From Sedimentisphaerales bacterium (lineage in GTDB: Bacteria; Planctomycetota; Phycisphaerae; Sedimentisphaerales; Anaerobacaceae): a DNA stretch of 64,000 bases. Location of the stretch: contig OY970194.1 of assembly GCA_963708075.1 (NCBI GenBank), positions 2,144,001 through 2,208,000 of the forward strand. Direction: 5' to 3'. Made by a program: the position numbers and the translations under genes. The notes below the pieces were generated by a model that saw only the letters and a program-made list of their open reading frames with translations, ran no database searches and was not told where the DNA came from. This document shows, in pieces, positions 60,151-64,000 of this stretch; within the stretch, counting starts at the first letter, position 1; the number at the start of each line of letters is the position of its first letter.

Positions 60151-62772
60151 ATGAAATCACAGGCCAATCGAGAAGCCGCAATTCCGCGGTACAGACTTCT
60201 ATTGAGTATCTTTGCTGCCTTCTCCATGCTACGCAGTCTTGCCTGCGCTGCCTGGGGGCAGGACTTCGTGCCTTTCGTTATTCCCGCAAAAGTGAATCCG
60301 GAACAGGCAATCTGGGTCACAGACCATAGACCGATCAAGACGGACTCGGAGCGGCTGGCTGCGACTGAGCATTTCTACGACAGGGATGGGGCAGTGCGGA
60401 TCTGGGGTGTGAACCTGTGCTTCGGAGCGAACTTCCCCACGCATGAAGACGCCCCGTATGTGGCCGAGCGATTGGCGGCGGCAGGCGTCAATTCCGTGCG
60501 ATGTCACCACCTCGACACCTCCCGCTGGCCCAGCGGCATCTGGAACGCCGCCGATGGCAAAACGATCGAGCCGCAAGCTCTGGAGCGGCTCGACTATTTC
60601 ATCAATGAGCTTGCGAAGCGTGGCATCCGGGTGAACCTGAATCTGCACGTCGGACGGGCTCACAGCAAGTACCTGGGTCTGCCTGCGACGAACACCGACT
60701 ACGACAAGATCGTCGGCATCTTTACGCCGGCCCTGATCAACGCACAGAAGCAGTACGCCCGCGACCTGCTGACCCACGTCAATCCATATCGCGGGGTGCG
60801 ATACGCCGACGACCCCGCCGTCGCTTTCGTCGAGATCACCAACGAGGACAGCTTCTTCATGTGGGGCGCCGATGAGACTTTGCGGACACTCCCCCCCTAC
60901 TATGGCCAGATCCTCCGGGACAAGTTCAACGACTGGCTGAAGTCTCGCTACCGCTCCGACGAGGCAATGCGGGCCGCGTGGGCCGCTGGGACACAGCCGC
61001 TGGGGGCTGGACTGCTCCAGAATGGCACGTTCACGCAGTGGGATAACGGCCGGCCGAGGTACTGGAACCTGGAGCAACATGAGGGCTGCCAGGCCTCTCT
61101 TTCACAGCCGCGGACCCTGCGCAGCGACGCGGTACAGGTGAAGATCGGCAAGGCGGACAGTACCGAGTGGCATTTGCAGTTTAACCAGGGTGGTTTGACG
61201 GTAACGGAGGGGCAATACTACACGTTGTCCTTCGAGGCGTCGAGCGAGCAGCCGCGCAAGATTACGGCCTATGTGAGCCAGGCCCACGATCCATGGGGCA
61301 ACCTGGGCCTGAGCCGGCAGGCGGACCTCGGCACCGACTGGAAGAAGTTCAGCTTCGGATTCGTGGCGACCGCCAGCGACATCAACACGAGGGTTAGCTT
61401 CTCGTTCGGCGGTGACGCAACGACGTTCAATCTCGCCCGTGTGGAACTTCGGCCCGGCGGACAGACCGTTCTGGCAGAGGGTGAGTCTCTCGCCCTGGGC
61501 AATGTTGGCCTATTCCAGGAAAGCGAAAGCCGGCCGCGTACTCTCGACCGCATGATCTTCCTCGCCGAGACGGAGAAAGCCTACTTCGACGGCATGCGGT
61601 CTTACATCAGGAACGATCTCGGCTGCCGCGCTCTCGTCACCGGCACGATCGTCTTCGGGCCGCTCGGCTTGTACGCCCAGAGCGACATGGACTACATTGA
61701 CAGCCACGCCTACTGGCAGCATCCGAGTTTTCCCGGCCGGCCATGGGACTCGGCCAATTGGCTCATCGAGCAGAAGCCCATGACGGACTATCCGGATCAG
61801 GCGACGCTGTTCCGAATCGCCGCGGAAAGGCTGCTGGGCAAGCCCTTCACGCTCAGCGAATACAACCACCCTGCCCCGCTCGATGCACAGGCGGAATGCG
61901 TGCCGATGATCGCTTCATTCGCCGCCGCACAGGACTGGGACGGCGTCTGGCTCTTTGACTATTCAGGCTCAGCAAACGCCTGGAGCCGGCAAACCATGAG
62001 CGGCTTCTTTGACATCGACACCAACCCCGCCAAGTGGGGCTTCATGCGAGCCGGCGCCGCCATCTTCCGTGAACGGCGGGCACCACCACTGGCAACATCC
62101 CGAGGCGTGCGAATAACGCCCGGCGGCCTAACCGATGTGGCCACCCTTAGCTTGCAGTACGGCCAGGACCTCCTGCGAATTCTCAAGGCACGGGCAGGAA
62201 ATGCCACCAACGACGATATGTTGCAGTGCATTCTCATACCGTCATATGCATACAAGCCCTCGATAACAGGGTCGTTTGCACATAATCAGACAACGCTTGA
62301 CTGGTCTGTTGATGGGAATGGTCATGGCTTGTATCAGATGAAAGCCTCCTTGGTGGGAGTCTACATAGGACACGCCGGACGGTTTGACGAGGCAACCAAA
62401 GGCATTGTGCGAATTACAGGGCCGGAATTCCTGGCGATGACCATCACAGCTTTAGATCAGCGTCAGCAGATATCCATGAAGGACTGTGAGAGAATCCTTG
62501 TGACTGCCTGCGGGCGGTGTGAGAACGTCGGGATGCAGTTCTCGCCGGACCGGCGGACGGTCGGCCGCAACTGGGGAACAGCCCCGGCACAGATCGAGGC
62601 GGTTCGCGGCAGCATGGTCCTGCCGCAAGGTCAATGGACATGTCACGCGTTGGCTCCGGATGGCTCGCCGAAAGCGCTCGTGCCCATCACGTACGCAGAC
62701 GGCCAGGGCACGTTGATGCTTTCCCCCGAATACGGAACGATGTGGTACCTGCTCGAACAGAATAGGAGATAG
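60151..62772 (+). CDS. Clan GH-A glycoside hydrolase (GH5/GH42-like) with inserted CBM4/9-like module
   Basis: WGVNL, VRCHHLD, EITNED (acid/base), SEYNH (nucleophile); LLQNGTF...WHLQFNQ...YTLSFEA...DWKKFSF insert. Confidence 0.8.
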   Translation: MKSQANREAAIPRYRLLLSIFAAFSMLRSLACAAWGQDFVPFVIPAKVNPEQAIWVTDHRPIKTDSERLAATEHFYDRDGAVRIWGVNLCFGANFPTHEDAPYVAERLAAAGVNSVRCHHLDTSRWPSGIWNAADGKTIEPQALERLDYFINELAKRGIRVNLNLHVGRAHSKYLGLPATNTDYDKIVGIFTPALINAQKQYARDLLTHVNPYRGVRYADDPAVAFVEITNEDSFFMWGADETLRTLPPYYGQILRDKFNDWLKSRYRSDEAMRAAWAAGTQPLGAGLLQNGTFTQWDNGRPRYWNLEQHEGCQASLSQPRTLRSDAVQVKIGKADSTEWHLQFNQGGLTVTEGQYYTLSFEASSEQPRKITAYVSQAHDPWGNLGLSRQADLGTDWKKFSFGFVATASDINTRVSFSFGGDATTFNLARVELRPGGQTVLAEGESLALGNVGLFQESESRPRTLDRMIFLAETEKAYFDGMRSYIRNDLGCRALVTGTIVFGPLGLYAQSDMDYIDSHAYWQHPSFPGRPWDSANWLIEQKPMTDYPDQATLFRIAAERLLGKPFTLSEYNHPAPLDAQAECVPMIASFAAAQDWDGVWLFDYSGSANAWSRQTMSGFFDIDTNPAKWGFMRAGAAIFRERRAPPLATSRGVRITPGGLTDVATLSLQYGQDLLRILKARAGNATNDDMLQCILIPSYAYKPSITGSFAHNQTTLDWSVDGNGHGLYQMKASLVGVYIGHAGRFDEATKGIVRITGPEFLAMTITALDQRQQISMKDCERILVTACGRCENVGMQFSPDRRTVGRNWGTAPAQIEAVRGSMVLPQGQWTCHALAPDGSPKALVPITYADGQGTLMLSPEYGTMWYLLEQNRR

Positions 62773-62776
62773 TCTG

Positions 62777-64000
62777 ATGAGAGACGATCCTTGGAAGACC
62801 CTCGGCGTCATGATTCTGATTCTTGTCACAGGAGCATATGTGACCTCTGCCCAGAACGACGCTGCGTCACAGATCCTCTTCGACTTCGGGCCCGGTTTCA
62901 ACATGAGCGCCGTTGAGACCAGCGATGCAAAGGCCACGATCACGGAGGCAGGGACACTGCGCATTGAAACGGGGCGGCAAGCGCAGTGGCCTGGGGTCAC
63001 ACTCAAGGCGCCGCAGGGCAAGTGGGACCTGTCGGCGTGCGAGTATATCTCGCTGGATGTCATGAATCGCGGCGGGAGCAAGGTGACCGTCCAGTGCCGT
63101 GTCGACAATCCGGGGGCCGACGGGACGAAGAATTGCGTGACGGACCAGGTTTCCGTGGACCCGGGGGCCTCGCAGACGCTGAGAGTTCGGGTCCTTCCCG
63201 TCCCCTGGAAGCTCGAGAAGCCCGTGGAACTCGTGGGTATGCGGGCGAACCCCGTCCATGCGGGCAAGATCGATACCGCCAATGTCACTCAACTGCTCGT
63301 CTTCGTGAGTCAATCGAAAGAGAACCACGTCTTTGAGATCGACAACGTGCGTGCGGGAGGCCGGGTGCAGGTCCTGGAGGCGGCGGCATTCCTGCCGTTC
63401 ATCGATGAGTTCGGGCAGTACGTACACAAGGACTGGCCGGGCAAGACGCACTCCCTGGAGGAACTGGTCGCGCACGGGCGGACGGAGGAAACGGACCTGC
63501 GGGCCAACGCACGGCCGCAGAGCTGGGATAAGTACGGCGGCTGGACCGGTGGGCCAGACTCCGGGGCTCGGGATTTTTCCGGGTCGAGAAGTACCGGGAC
63601 AAGTGGTGGCTCGTCGACCCGACGGGCCGGTTGTTCTGGTCGCACGGGATCGACTGCGTCCGCGGCGGCAACTCGACGCCGATCACCGGCCGCGAACAAT
63701 ATTTCCGCAGCCTGCCTGGCCAGGATTCGCCGTTCGCCAAGTTCTATGGCACAGCCAATTGGGCGCCTGTCGGCTACTACAAGGATCACTTGCCGTACAA
63801 GACCTACGACATCGGCCGGGCCAATCTCCTGCGCAAGTACGGCGAGGATTTCGACCAGGCGTTTGCGGATATCACGCACCGTCGGTTCGAGAGCTGGGGC
63901 GTCAACACGATCGCCAACTGGTCGGATGAGCAGGTCTACCTGATGCGCCGCACGCCCTACGTCGGGACGATCAGCTTCGAGGCGAAGAAACTCGAAGGGT
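62777..64000 (+). CDS. GH50/beta-agarase-like glycoside hydrolase, partial; frameshift at ~63555
   Basis: FIDEFGQY..KDWPGK, WDKYGGW; after adding one C: GFFRVEKYRDKWWLVDPTGRLFWSHGIDCV...SWGVNTIANWSD. Confidence 0.8.

Overview
GC-rich bacterial window; the gene content (lamin-tail/CotH proteins, planctomycete-type dockerin-like domain, Gly/Met-rich secretin, DPN-rich secreted proteins) suggests Planctomycetota, Phycisphaerae-like (inference). 1-13.5 kb: an accessory region between two inverted, divergent CotH/lamin-tail paralogues that share promoter and 5' leader. It holds an MBL hydrolase, an antitoxin with an internally deleted PIN toxin, a PEP-CTERM-like protein, a RAYT with REP/REPIN arrays, an MTase-Mrr fusion and an HNH-AP2 nuclease. 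13.7-17.9 kb: DUF1080, aroA, aroC. 18.5-39.5 kb (minus): a two-gene unit of an atypical ~1255 aa secretin with a ~135 aa GGM insertion and a ~5690 aa secreted subtilisin/beta-helix/vWA/dockerin/FN3 protein; both are split by single-base frameshifts. 39.8-47.2 kb: tsaB, RRM, NUDIX, a second S8 protease with nested inserts, EpsI-like protein and CPBP protease. 47.3-58.1 kb: T2SS cluster gspCDEFGIJKLM. 58.4-64 kb: tiny Cys-rich/acidic protein, cold-shock protein, Rho_N-like protein and two glycoside hydrolases. Five of eight frameshifts are the same +1 base inside GAGACC/GGTCTC, probably a methylation-linked sequencing artefact. No tRNA, rRNA or CRISPR array was recognised. All calls are by eye; no searches were run.
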